Shown: positions 1 through 11,679, counted from the whole stretch's first letter. The stretch is DNA of 63,605 bases, filler included, from Octopus bimaculoides (GCF_001194135.2; 8 parts of 7 records of this genome joined end to end with filler, not necessarily neighbours in it); one strand, 5' to 3'. Translations and numbers: made by a program. Notes: generated from the letters alone by a model not told the origin.

Positions 1-1
1 G

Positions 2-36
<35 letters not shown>

Positions 37-807
37 GTATGTATATATATATATATATATATATATACTTACTTGGAAAAGGATGCATGGCAATTCGATC
101 ATATAATAATATAAATAATATATAAACATATGCATATATCCATACATATATGTACATACCTACATCTATATGTATACATACATGCATATATGGATACAGG
201 ACATAAAAAAAAAACGTTAAACACAATGAGAAACAAAAACAGAAAACGAACTTTTTTCGAACAACGAAAAAAACAAACAGAGAAACAAAACATGCAACAT
301 AAAGAGTATACCCCTTCGTCAGTTGTCCCTGTTCCATCTACTGCGTGTTTCGAAAGCAAGGACAATTTGCAACTTTGTTGGAACAGTCTTTCCCGCAAAG
401 TAAATTAAATAAAATTTAGAATTTTTTGCGTAAAGTGAAAGTGTTAACAAGAACCGGACAGTGAGAACAAGACAGTAAAAACAAACAGTGAGGGCTGTTA
501 AGCCAAGACGATAGAAAAATTATTATGAACGCTAGATAAACGTGCATGAGAGAAGAGACAGAAAAAAACACTATAGGAAGGCAGTGAACAGAAAGAGAGA
601 ATCCCTTTCGTCACATGTCAGCGATGAGAGGATCAAGGAAGAAGAGCGAGAAAGAGAGAGGGAACAGTGAAAGGGAAAGAAGAATAAGGAAAGGGTGAGA
701 GAGAAAAACAGAAAGGAAGAAGAACAAGAGAGGGAGAGAGATAGACAGGGAAGAGATAGTAGCAGAGTACGCAATATGTATATACATATGAGTGCGTGTG
801 TGTGTAT

Positions 808-948
808 TATATCCAGTTAAAAGAAGAAAAGAAAATGGAGATAAGGAAGTTAACAATTATTTATTGCTAACGAATTGGTCATCTTTGTAAATAATAAATA
901 ATTGGTAACTTCCTCATCTCCATTTTTTTCTTCGTCTAACTGGATATA
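808..948. repeat. Imperfect foldback, arms about 57 bp (808-865 / 893-948)
   Basis: TTATATCCAGTTAAAAGAAGAAAAGAAAATGGAGATAAGGAAGTTAACAATTATTTATT is nearly the reverse complement of AATAAATAATTGGTAACTTCCTCATCTCCATTTTTTTCTTCGTCTAACTGGATATAA. Confidence 0.85.
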
Positions 949-1129
949 AACTACATGCTTAAGGAATTTCATTCCCCAACAATCCTTGGTTTTGAACCCT
1001 GTATTTCTTTGGATGAAACCATCTCTTCATGAGGTTAACATATCCTCTAATTAAATATATATATATATATGTATATGAGATACCAAATCCAAAGCTGAGA
1101 GAAGTTTTCAGGACATCTATAATGAAATA

Positions 1130-1177
1130 GTCTTACAGCTGTTTCTGGGACATTATGGATATCCCATCATCAGAAAC
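1130..1177 (-). ncRNA. Type I hammerhead ribozyme motif, intact core
   Basis: Minus strand reads GUUU CUGAUGA UGGGAUAU-CCAUA-AUGUCCCA GAAA CAGCU GUA|AGAC. Stem I GUUU:AGAC, 8-bp stem II, palindromic stem III ACAGCUGU, GUA triplet. Confidence 0.8.
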
Positions 1178-1454
1178 GGTGTGAGAAAATATTTGAGTTC
1201 GAATTATTATGGAAAAGGAGGAAATAGGGAATATAGAGGGAAATAAGAGAATGAAAGTAGAAATAAAATATATAAAAATATTGTAGTTGCAGTTTCATTA
1301 TTCGAGGAAACTGGTGCATATAAGTGGTAAAAAAGTTTCCTGTAGATGGTATGTAAGTTCCAATAGCAGTTCATGTTTAGTCATTTCAAAGCATGGAACC
1401 ATGGAATTAGTGTTGCTCATTCAAAAGGGTTTTCTGGTATATATTTACACGCAT

Positions 1455-2809
1455 ATGGTTAGTGAGAGCTGTGCGAGTCATGTACAGAGATGCTGCCAGT
1501 AAGGTGAGGGTTGGAAATGAGTACAGCGATGAATTCCGGGTAGAGGTAGGGGTCCACCAAGGTTCCGTCCTCAGCTCCCTCTTATTTATCATAGTCCTCC
1601 AGGCAATCACAGAGGAGTTCAAGACAGGTTGCCCCTGGGAGCTCCTCTATGCTGATGACCTTGCCCTAATTGCGGAGTCACTATCAGAACTAGAGGAGAA
1701 GTTTCAGGTGTGGAAGCAAGGTCTAGAATTGAAGGGCCTTAGAGTCAACCTAGCTAAAACCAAAATCCTAATAAGTAGGAAGGTAGATAAANNNNNNNNN
1801 NNNNNNNNNNNNNNNNNNNNNNNNNNNNNNNNNNNNNNNNNNNNNNNNNNNNNNNNNNNNNNNNNNNNNNNNNNNNNNNNNNNNNNNNNNNNNNNNNNNN
1901 NNNNNNNNNNNNNNNNNNNNNNNNNNNNNNNNNNNNNNNNNNNNNNNNNNNNNNNNNNNNNNNNNNNNNNNNNNNNNNNNNNNNNNNNNNNNNNNNNNNN
2001 NNNNNNNNNNNNNNNNNNNNNNNNNNNNNNNNNNNNNNNNNNNNNNNNNNNNNNNNNNNNNNNNNNNNNNNNNNNNNNNNNNNNNNNNNNNNNNNNNNNN
2101 NNNNNNNNNNNNNNNNNNNNNNNNNNNNNNNNNNNNNNNNNNNNNNNNNNNNNNNNNNNNNNNNNNNNNNNNNNNNNNNNNNNNNNNNNNNNNNNNNNNN
2201 NNNNNNNNNNNNNNNNNNNNNNNNNNNNNNNNNNNNNNNNNNNNNNNNNNNNNNNNNNNNNNNNNNNNNNNNNNNNNNNNNNNNNNNNNNNNNNNNNNNN
2301 NNNNNNNNNNNNNNNNNNNNNNNNNNNNNNNNNNNNNNNNNNNNNNNNNNNNNNNNNNNNNNNNNNNNNNNNNNNNNNNNNNNNNNNNNNNNNNNNNNNN
2401 NNNNNNNNNNNNNNNNNNNNNNNNNNNNNNNNNNNNNNNNNNNNNNNNNNNNNNNNNNNNNNNNNNNNNNNNNNNNNNNNNNNNNNNNNNNNNNNNNNNN
2501 NNNNNNNNNNNNNNNNNNNNNNNNNNNNNNNNNNNNNNNNNNNNNNNNNNNNNNNNNNNNNNGTGCGGGTGGCACATAAAAGACACCATTTCGAGCATGG
2601 CCGTTTTCGTGCGGGTGACACGTAAAAGCACCCACTACACTCTCTGAGTGGTTGGCGTTAGGAAGGGCATCCAGCTGTAGAAACACTGCCAAATTAGATT
2701 GGAGCCTGGTGTTGCCATCCGGTTTCACCAGTCCTCAGTTAAATCGTCCAACCCATGCTAGCATGGAAAGCGGACGTTAAACGATGATGATGATGATGAT
2801 GATGATGAT
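1455..2809 (+). mobile_element. 5'-truncated RTE-clade LINE (RT fragment, gap, 3' UTR with (GAT)n tail)
   Basis: 1455-1791 translates without stops to ...GVHQGSVLSSLLF...PWELLYADDL...KGLRVNLAKTK (RT motifs). After the N gap comes the recurrent 3' end GGAAGGGCATCCAGCTGTAGAAAC...GCGGACGTTAAAC(GAT)n. Confidence 0.9.
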
Positions 2810-2870
2810 GTACAAAATCATGCTAGCATGGAAGGCGGACGTTAAACGATGATGGTGATTATGATGATGG

Positions 2871-3160
2871 GAGTTTAGTTCACAGGTGATCTAAATAACC
2901 ACGTATGCTGAGTAAGTGCTGTAACAGATTACCAAGGCTCCAAGCTCATAGCCAAGATGGGAGTTATGGAATCATTGTAGATTTCCAATATAGTGGATAT
3001 ATATTTGCTAAAGAGGACAACAAATGCTAAGGCAAGATAAACATCTCAAGTAATATATATTATTATTATTGGAAAAATTTTAAAGTCTTACTGCTGTTTC
3101 TAGGATATCCCAAAATATGGGATATTCTGTTATCAAAGACAAATAGGGAAAATGTAAAGG
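2871..3160 (-). mobile_element. PLE-type terminal repeat fragment with decayed hammerhead (3085-3140), homologous to 48285-48500
   Basis: Aligns by eye with 48285-48500. Minus strand GUCU UUGAUAA C-AGAAUAUCCCA..UGGGAUAUCCU-A GAAA CAGCA GUA|AGAC keeps the stems of the 1130 motif but has two core substitutions. Confidence 0.7.
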
Positions 3161-3602
3161 GCATAAATTAATTGTTTCCTTAATCTATACCTTTCACTCA
3201 ATGGTCAAAAGTTTCAAACATATTACTTAAGAAACTGACTTTGAATTGGGTGCCTACTTTTTAAGTAGATTGAATTATTATAAAATTATAATTCAATCTA
3301 TATAAAAAGCAGGCTTCCAGGTTTAAAATTAATTTGTAACTTCTAATTAAAAAATAATAAAAATAAAATATATGTATCCATGTACTGTGTTCTACCGTAT
3401 TCTATCTATCTTGGTTGTTCTAATGATAGACATTTCTTTGACAGACAGTTGGCCATCATACAATTGGCTGACAAACAACTTATAGGCAGAACAATTGACC
3501 GACTGAGCAATTTGCTGAAAGGACAATATGTCGACATTTTTTAAAAACAAAGTAAAAATTTCAAAAAAGTTTTATCAGGCAATTGTCCAATTATCCAATC
3601 AG

Positions 3603-3658
3603 CAAATTGTCTGTCGACAAATTGTCTGTCGACAAATTGTCTGTCGACAAATTGTCTG
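3603..3658. repeat. 15-bp tandem repeat (CAAATTGTCTGTCGA), 3.7 copies
   Basis: Identical units seen directly. Confidence 0.95.
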
Positions 3659-3961
3659 CACACAGCTCTAACAAACCAATATATATATATATATATATAT
3701 ANNNNNNNNNNNNNNNNNNNNNNNNNNNNNNNNNNNNNNNNNNNNNNNNNNNNNNNNNNNNNNNNNNNNNNNNNNNNNNNNNNNNNNNNNNNNNNNNNNN
3801 NNNNNNNNNNNNNNNNNNNNNNNNNNNNNNNNNNNNNNNNNNNNNNNNNNNNNNNNNNNNNNNNNNNNNNNNNNNNNNNNNNNNNNNNNNNNNNNNNNNN
3901 NNNNNNNNNNNNNNNNNNNNNNNNNNNNNNNNNNNNNNNNNNNNNNNNNNNNNNTATATAT

Positions 3962-4058
3962 ATAGGAAAATGAAAAAAAGCCAGAATGCTGAACTGGAAG
4001 CATAATTTATTAAATTATGCTTCCAGTTCAGCATTCTGGCTTTTTTTCATTTTCCTAT
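3962..4058. repeat. Perfect palindrome, 48-bp arms, 1-nt spacer
   Basis: 3962-4009 is the exact reverse complement of 4011-4058. It lies at a gap edge. Confidence 0.95.
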
Positions 4059-4144
4059 TATTTCTCCACGTGCGGTTAACACAACCCCACTATTTACTGA
4101 CTTATATATATATATTATTTAACAGGCACAATACATGTTTTTAC

Positions 4145-4199
4145 GTGCTACTAATAGTTTCATATGTTGAGAAATACCTCAAACATATTCATCAGACAC
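4145..4199 (-). ncRNA. Type I hammerhead ribozyme motif, intact core
   Basis: Minus strand GUGU CUGAUGA AUAUGUU-U-GAG-GUAUUU-CUC-AACAUAU GAAA CU-AUU-AG UA|GCAC. Stem I GUGU:GCAC, 10-bp bulged stem II, 3-bp stem III, GUA triplet. Confidence 0.8.
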
Positions 4200-4289
4200 A
4201 AACCACATATCATAACAAACAAAAAATTGAATGAGAGAAGAAACAAGAAAAGTTGAGAAAGAAGCATGTAAAAAACATGGAAGGTTAAA

Positions 4290-4890
4290 AAATGAAAGAT
4301 GAAAAACTGGGATGGAATCCTCAGGCACCTTCTCCATAGGGTCCTGTCAGAAGGAACCATCTTTAAATTTTCCAACTGGATTCCCAAACATAACCAACTG
4401 AAACTATGGACATCATCCATCTTGTTCTTGGTCTATTTCTACATCTGCCAGTTGACTCAGCTTGAAGAATCTGTTCTACAACGTTCTAATCACAAGTCCA
4501 TTGTGCTGCAACTGTGACATCTCAATGCAGAGAAGTAGTGACTATACCTTGAGAGACACCCACCTCCATCTCTCCCATTGATCTTTGAGCTATGCACTCT
4601 GTTGGGTTATGTTATTCCAGAGACCCTTTGGAAGAACCTAATTTCAGACACTTGCATTCATGTCTACTCTTTCAGGCATTACCCAACATTCATGATCAAA
4701 AGTGAAAATAGATTCCAAAAATCAAACTGAAGATTACTGTACCAGCACCTGCAATTCTGGCATCTGATTTGGCCTCTTACCTTCCATCACTTGTGAATAT
4801 GGCACTAAGATATTTAAGCTTCTGCACTTATCTTAGTGATGTTCCACTAACATGCACAGTGCACTGGGAAGACTTCCTTGAGAGGACCAA
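4290..4890 (-). mobile_element. Degenerate RTE LINE 3' coding relic
   Basis: Minus frames give VQKLKYLSAIFTSDG, ECWVMPERV..SEIRFFQRVSGIT, EQILQAESTGRCRNRPRTRW and PSDRTLWRR, resembling RTE thumb/C-terminal motifs, with stops and frameshifts. Confidence 0.7.
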
Positions 4891-4905
4891 TGTCTCAGTA
4901 TTCGC

Positions 4906-4953
<48 letters not shown>

Positions 4954-6177
4954 AAAGAAAATACCATTCATCTCATTCGATAGGATTTAATAATTGCATG
5001 ACTCAGTTCCATATAACTCAAAGTTTTGTGGAAGTGTCGGACGCATCCATCTTCTCAGATGTTCTCTGCCTGTGAACATCTGATGGGTTGGATATGTCCT
5101 ACATGTCAATGAATCTTTAATCATTCGATGTTGAATGAAACTGTTATTAAATGTGTGTGTGTGTGTGTGTGTCAGTGTGCATGTGTGTGTCAGTGTGCAT
5201 GTGTGTGCGTAAGTATATATGTATGTATAGAATAATAATGAGAATAAGATAGAACAAAATTAATCTCTTTGTGGCCACTGCAAACCCTTGTAATATTTTC
5301 TTTTTCTTCTCAGTTTCAAGAAAGCTAAACAATATTGATGCAAATATCTGGATGGGAAATTAGAAATGAATATTTTAATAAAGTTAGGCAATGGGCCTGG
5401 TTGTAAAGCTTTGAATTTTGCTTTACAAAACACATGATTTCAGGTTTAATTATACTGCATAACTTCAGAATTTAATACATTATTTACATTATTTACATTT
5501 GACAGATATTTGTCATCATCTTGTTTGTATACTGCAAGCCAAACTTTACTGGATGATACCTCAACTTCAATTCCCACCATCCATACAGTGTAAAGAGAGG
5601 AATTGCTTAGTACCTAAAACATTGAGCAAAGAATATAAGTAGCAATCGTGATACCCACCATGAAGAAATGATCAAGCTCAATAACGATCTGTTAAGCAAC
5701 AACTACCCCAAAAGTATAGTATCCACTCCAAATATGAACAAAAGAGAGGATGAAACCCATAAACTGACCACAGTCTGTCTACCCTATGTGAAAGGCCTCT
5801 CTGGAAAGATACAAAAGATATGTGGNNNNNNNNNNTGGTAGGTTATACAAAGGTGAAACATGTCGCCCCCTCAAAATAAGGGTAGAGGAACATCGCAAAG
5901 CTGTGACACAAGGAGATATTGATAAATCGGGTATAGCTGATCATGTATGGAAAACTTGAGAACACCTCCCTCTGTGGGATGAAGTTAAAATAATAGACAG
6001 AGAACACCACTGGAAAATACGAAAACTAAAAGAAGCAGCACATATGCTAGGACACAACAACCTCCTAAGCAGACTGAGTGTAGATGTGAACAGGATATGG
6101 GAACCAGTGTTAAGGAAAGATAGAAAGATATTAGATTTATAGGTCCTAAAATTCACTCCATAATTGCTCACGGGCAT

Positions 6178-6237
6178 ACTGTGTAGTGGTTAAGAGTGTG
6201 GACTACTAACCCCAAGATTCCGAGTTCGATTCAGTGA

Positions 6238-6240
<3 letters not shown>
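6178..6240 (+). promoter_or_regulatory. tRNA-like segment (Pol III A and B boxes) inside the PLE terminal repeat
   Basis: GTGTAGTGGTTAAG (A-box-like), anticodon-loop-like CTACTAA, GTTCGATTC (B box, 6224-6232). A homologous segment occurs at 25760-25811 on the minus strand. Confidence 0.7.
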
Positions 6241-6270
<30 letters not shown>

Positions 6271-6328
6271 CGACAATAACATTAAAAAATACCTTAGGAA
6301 TGAGAACCCAGGTTCAAAATTTCCCCAA

Positions 6329-6374
6329 GACACCTGATGAAGGCTGGAAGGTATATCAGCTGAAACGTTATGTT
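6329..6374 (+). ncRNA. Hammerhead motif (extra-A variant) in the PLE terminal repeat, one stem I mismatch
   Basis: GACAC CUGAUGA A GGCUG-GAAGGUAUAU-CAGCU GAAAC GUU|AUGUU. The sister copy at 25624-25669 has GUGUU, which restores stem I. Confidence 0.7.
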
Positions 6375-6489
6375 GACAACAAACAAGATGAGGACAAATA
6401 TCCATCAAATGTAAATAATGTAAATAATGTAAGTAATTCCTCATCTCTTAAATATAGAACTGTATTCAGAATTTATGTTAGAAAAACTC

Positions 6490-9400
6490 AAAGAAGCAAA
6501 CTAATCTGAAAAAGGAAGAGTTGGAAGCTTATGGATCCTTTGAATAAACAGAGTTAGAAACTTAATTGAAGAATTCGATGACATGGAAGATGAGATAGAG
6601 ATGTATTGCATAGAGGGCAACTGAAAGTTCCTACAGAATAGCTTAAAAGGGGCCAAAGACCAGATTTGTGGAACATAAGAGCAAAGAAACAGGTTTGGAA
6701 GGTCTGGAAGGGTGGTGGCAGCAGAGAACTATATCTGGTAGTTAGAAGAGAAGCTAGGAGACAAACATATTTATCTAGAGGAGAAGCAGAAAAGAAGTTT
6801 GCCAATGTTCTGTGGTGTGAGGACCAGAAACATAAGGTGTTCCAGATTATAAGACAGTGTGTGAGAGAATATTGTGATGTTGTAGAAGACTTGCAGTTAG
6901 TGATTCTGCAAAGAAAAGAGGCTTGGAAGTGCTACTATGAAAGGCTGCTAAATGTAGAGAATGCATGGGAAAAGGGAAGTCCAAACAGAGGGATTAGCTA
7001 TCTGAGTTGACAGTTAAAGCAATTATGGATATGAAAACAGAGAAAGCCTCTGACCTATCTGGAATTACTACCAAGATGCTTACAATATCCGACAGAGTGA
7101 GATATAGCCAAATCATTCATATAGTTCATCAGGTTGACCAGGAAGAGGTCATAGCCAATAACTGGTGCAGCAGCATTATAGTCAACTGCTACTAAATGCC
7201 TTAGACAGGGGTAATTACAGACGTATCAAACTGATGGATGAGGTCATGACATTTATAGAAAGGGTCATAGGTCAAGTAATTGGAAAGAAAATTAACCTAG
7301 ATGAGATATAGTTTGGCATTGTGCCAGGGAGAAGGACTATGATTTTATTTTCTTAGTAAGAAAACTGTAAGAGAAGCATTTAGCCAAAAATAAACTTCTA
7401 CTTGACATTTCTTGATATGAAGAAAGTCTTTGACAGGTTTCCCACCTGCTCATCTGGTGGTTACTGCAGAAGGCAGGGGTAGATGAGTGGTTGATGAGAG
7501 CCACCCTAGCCATGTATAGGAATGCTTTCAGTAAGATGAAAGTCAGCAGTGAGTAAGTATAACCATGAGTTTAGTATGAAGGTAGGAGTTCACCAAGGAT
7601 TGATTCTCATCTTCCTCTTGTTTATCATAGTCCTACAGGCCATAACAGAAATTTAAAACTGGTTGCTCATAGGAGCACCTCTATGTTAATGATGTTGTTC
7701 TTAAAGATAAATCTCTACAAGAATCAGAGAAGGAATTTCAAGCATGGAAGCAAGGCTTGGAATCAAAGATTCTTAGAGTTAATTTAGCAAATATCAAAGT
7801 ACTACTAAGCAAGAAAGCAGACAAATTAATAACGCCTGTAGGGAAACAGCCCCACTCAATATGTAGAAAAGTTGTTTGTAGAAATTCCATATGGTGTACC
7901 CAGTACAAGCTGTAGACACATAAGAGGTGCAATGGAATCATTGGAAAGTTTACAGAGAAAGTAGTCTTTGTGTGGCAGATGTACAGGAATTATAAACACT
8001 AAAGAACACACAGGATTTCTTCAAATACTTGGGGGATCCTAGTAGTAGTAGAGAGTTTCTGTTACCTAGGTAACCTAATTAGCAATGGAGGAGGTTGCTC
8101 TGAAAGTGTAGTCACTAAAATCTGAATTGGCAGGAGAAAGTTCAGAGAGTCTCACTCTGAGGGTCACTCCCTCAGAGTGAAAGGCAAATTGCATAATGCT
8201 TGTGCACATCCAGCAATGCTACGTGGTAGTGAAACATGGGCTGAGAATGCAGAAGATGTGTGAAAGATTGCAAAAAAAAAAAAAATGAAGTTAACATGCT
8301 TCACTGGATATGCTGTATCAGTGTGCATTTATGCAAGTGTAATGAGAGAAAAATTGGATATAAGAGGAATCAGATGTAGCATGCAGGAGAGGGCTGTGCT
8401 GGTAAGGTCATGTGATGCATATGGATGTAGGCAGCTATTTAAGTTCTGATCTGTAATTTTGCATGGAATATATATATATAAGAGGAAGATCCAGGAAAAT
8501 GTGTGGATGAAGTAGTGAAGAATGACCCCTGGATGTTGAGTCTCTTGGACGAAATGACAAAAGATTGATGCATTGCTATGCTCAAGAAAATCCATCCACA
8601 GAAGCAAAAATGAGGCCCTAAAAACTTGTTAGTATCTATGCTCCTGCACCCAATCTGACCCTTATGAACCAGCCCTTTCTCAAATCCCCACAACTCATGT
8701 CTGTGCACCACCCAATCCATCCCTGACAAACCACCCCCAACAACCAATTTCTTATCATTCCTACAACTCATCTTCCTAGCACCATCCTGTTCCCTACCCT
8801 TCTAACAACAAAAATACCCACTTTGTTGCTGTAATTATAAGACTGCCTCCTTCTATGTGCACCCTTGCTATCATCCTTAACCTCCTTATTTTGCCTCTCA
8901 TTCTACCAATTGTGGTCCCCCACCCCTTCATTTACCCCTGTCCGTTTCACACCATTTCCACCTTCATGTACCTCTGACTTCATCCCTAGCACTGTGCAGT
9001 TCTCTTGCATCCTTACCACCCATCCCCACACTCACTTCACATGATGTTTCTAGCACCTGTAACTCCCTGATTCACACTTATACCCCATCACCTTTTCCTC
9101 CAACAGATATTCACATAGGTGTAGGAGTGGGTGTGTGGTAAGTAGCTTGCTTACCAACCACATGGTTCGGGTTCAGTCCCACTGCGTAACACCTTGGGCA
9201 AGTGTCTTCTACTATAGCCTCGGGCCGACCAAAGCCTTGTGAGTGGATTTGGAAGACGGAAACTGAAAGAAGCCTGTCGTATATATGTATATATATATAT
9301 ATATATGCATGTGTGTGTATATGTTTGTGTGTCTGTGTTCGTCCCCCCTAACATCGCTTGACAACCAGTGCTGGTGTGTTAATGTCCCCGTAACTTAGCG

Positions 9401-10080
9401 GTTCGGCAAAAGGAGACCGATAGAATAAGTACTAGGCTTACAAAGATTAAGTCCTGGGGTCGATTTGCTCGACTAAAGGTGGTGCTCCAGCATGGCCACA
9501 ATCAAATGACTGAAACAAGTAAAAAGTGTAAAGAGAGTAACTGACCTTACCTCCGCCCATGTTCACCACTCACTGCATCTCCCTCTCTTCATCTACTTCA
9601 CACAAACTTACTAACCGAGTCATTTCACTTCTCTTTTACTCACCTTCCTGTAACTTGACGGTATACCCTGACACATCTTCACCACCATCATCTTTTTTTT
9701 CCTTCCAGCTGCAGTAGTCATGTCTTCTACAAGACACCCGTTCTTGTTCCTCTCATCACTTAACATAAATCCCCCCCTCCTCCAATATTGGTCTCCACTC
9801 CATTGAACAGAGTAATAATAGAGGGTAATATTGAGTGATACTTCAAGTTACTTGGTGACCTCAAAAGTGCTAACGCCATATAAAAAGCACCCAGTACACT
9901 CTGTAAAATGGTTGGCATTAGGAAGGGCATCCAGCAGTAGAAACCATGCTAAAAGCAGACATTGGAGCTTGGCACAGTTCTCTGACTCACCAATTCCTGT
10001 CAAACTGTTCAACCCATGCCAGCAAGGAAAAAACAGATATTAAATGATGATGATGATGATGATGACGACAATGATGACGA
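6490..10080 (+). mobile_element. Long degenerate RTE LINE (RT domain, C-terminus, C-rich 3' UTR, (GAT)n tail), interrupted by a SINE
   Basis: Broken frames give GNYRRIKLMDEV, FLDMKKVFDR, GVHQGLILIFLLFIIVLQ, LYVNDVV (decayed YADD), YLGNLISNGGG, LGIRGIRCSMQE. The 3' end matches the tail at 2563-2809. Confidence 0.85.
9118..9525 (+). mobile_element. tRNA-derived SINE family A, full length
   Basis: A/B-box head, CCTTGGGCAAGT block (CORE-like), internal (TA)/(TG) tract, tail GGTGCTCCAGCATGGCC...GAAACAAGTAAAA. Many copies in the window. Confidence 0.9.
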
Positions 10081-10527
10081 TAATGAATGACAATGATGAT
10101 TAAAAGTTATAGATCTGTTTTGTTTTTTTCTTTGTTTGTTATTTTTTTTTAACAGGTTTCTTAGAGACACAACACAGAAGTTTAATTGTTGGAATTGGAA
10201 ATTTATTTTTAGCAGAAATAACTCACAGATGCCTCCAACATAAAAATAAAAAAAAATGCAAAAAAAATGCAGAAAAACAATAGCTGAGTTACTATTAACA
10301 TAATTAATGTAGAAAGCACCAAAAACCTAATTAGAAATAATTATGTCTATAAGGAGGAAAAGACAATATTAACTGAGTGACTAATAATTATGCTAATCAT
10401 TTTGGCCTATTTTGTCTTACAGTACTTTACATCTGTCTTTTATCTTTTCCTTGTTTTGGTCATGCTGAGGCTCTGACCTGAAAATTTTTTTTATCAAATG
10501 TATTGACCCTAGTACTTATATATATGG

Positions 10528-10759
10528 TACAGCAGAAGAGTTGCCCTGATTTCAAAGGTTAATAAAAAAAACAAACATATGAAGATACAAGAAAAAACGA
10601 TGCTCTCCACTCCAGGGCCATGGTGGGCACCACCTGAAACAGTAAAAGAAAATGGCATTTAATGAACTTCATAGAAATACAAAGTTTTTCCGTGTATCTT
10701 CATGCGTTTGTCTTTTACTAACCTTTGAAATCAGAACGACCTTTCTGTTGCACCCTGTA
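10528..10759. mobile_element. Tc1/mariner-type MITE, about 230 bp
   Basis: About 70-bp imperfect terminal inverted repeats (10528-10598 / 10684-10759). The right end reads TACAGGGTG on the minus strand, with TA ends. Confidence 0.75.
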
Positions 10760-10825
10760 TACACTGTCAGTAAATCATAAATCCAAAAGACAAATGTACC
10801 CTAAATTATAGAGCAGTTGAGTATT

Positions 10826-11013
10826 TAGAGAATGTTAGTTATGACCGGTTCATAGGGTTACCCAGGATTATGTAACCATAAAGCACCTAGTTTTACACAT
10901 GGTGCCTTATAACCTCTCTTCAAGCACAAAAAAAAAGATGAGAGTTTATAGGCCACCGGCCATTAGTGTCTGATGAGACGTGTGTAAAGCTAAGCCATAA
11001 CTAACATTCTCTA
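10826..11013. repeat. Small foldback element with 18-bp perfect inverted ends
   Basis: TAGAGAATGTTAGTTATG / CATAACTAACATTCTCTA. Confidence 0.7.
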
Positions 11014-11040
11014 CATATATAGATAGATATACATATATAG

Positions 11041-11123
<83 letters not shown>

Positions 11124-11341
11124 AGTTTTGTGCTTTGTCTCTCACAATGTTATGTAAACTCACCAACACCAGTTATGAAGCAGTAGTGGAAGACATACAC
11201 AGACACAAAGACACACACACACACACACACTCGTGCGCATGCACACACAGGCTCACACACATACACACACACACACTCATGCACATTCACACACATACAC
11301 TCTCACACATACACATTCACACACACATGCACACACACATA

Positions 11342-11370
<29 letters not shown>

Positions 11371-11374
<4 letters not shown>

Positions 11375-11679
11375 CAGTAGTTATCTCCAAGCTAATATGG
11401 TAGTCCAGAAAAATAGGACGAATGCTGCCGTTGATTAGCTCCAAGAGGCCATCGCCTCTAGCTAGCTATGTGACACACGAACCTGTGTCCATTATTACCT
11501 TCGAACAGGGGAGGTCAGCCGCTTCCCTTTGCTGGTCTGACATCTACAGACTAGTTTCGATTCACAGGTTCGTGTGTCACATAGCTAGCTAGAGGTGATG
11601 GCCTCTTGCAGCTAATCAACAGCAGCATTCGTCCTATTTTCCTGGACTGCCATGTTGGCTAGGTGATAACTATTAATAT
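11371..11679. mobile_element. Foldback/MITE, about 310 bp, with about 115-bp inverted arms
   Basis: 11371-11487 pairs with 11563-11679 at high identity. It abuts a (TA)n tract. Confidence 0.85.

Larger units (their letters stand above)
5475..6464 (+). mobile_element. 5'-truncated Penelope-like element (Penelope/Poseidon type): inverted terminal-repeat piece + RT thumb + GIY-YIG endonuclease + terminal repeat, with 11-bp TSD
   Basis: Translates to YLNFNSHHPYSVKRG...NNYPK...CLPYVKGLS and YKGETCRPLKIRVEEHRK...IADHVW...RKLKEAAH. 5477-5528 is an inverted copy of 6379-6430. TTCAGAATTTA is directly repeated at 5464-5474 and 6465-6475. Confidence 0.9.

Noticed and set aside
300-350. Possible permuted (type II) hammerhead on the minus strand (GAAAC..GUA ... 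CUGACGA)
   Set aside because: Stem I does not pair and stem II would rely on G.U pairs only.
6178-6240. tRNA genes (also SINE heads at 9118, 20561, 24401, 33252, 48597)
   Set aside because: A and B boxes are present, but I could not fold a complete cloverleaf with an acceptor stem, and each is embedded in a repeat body.
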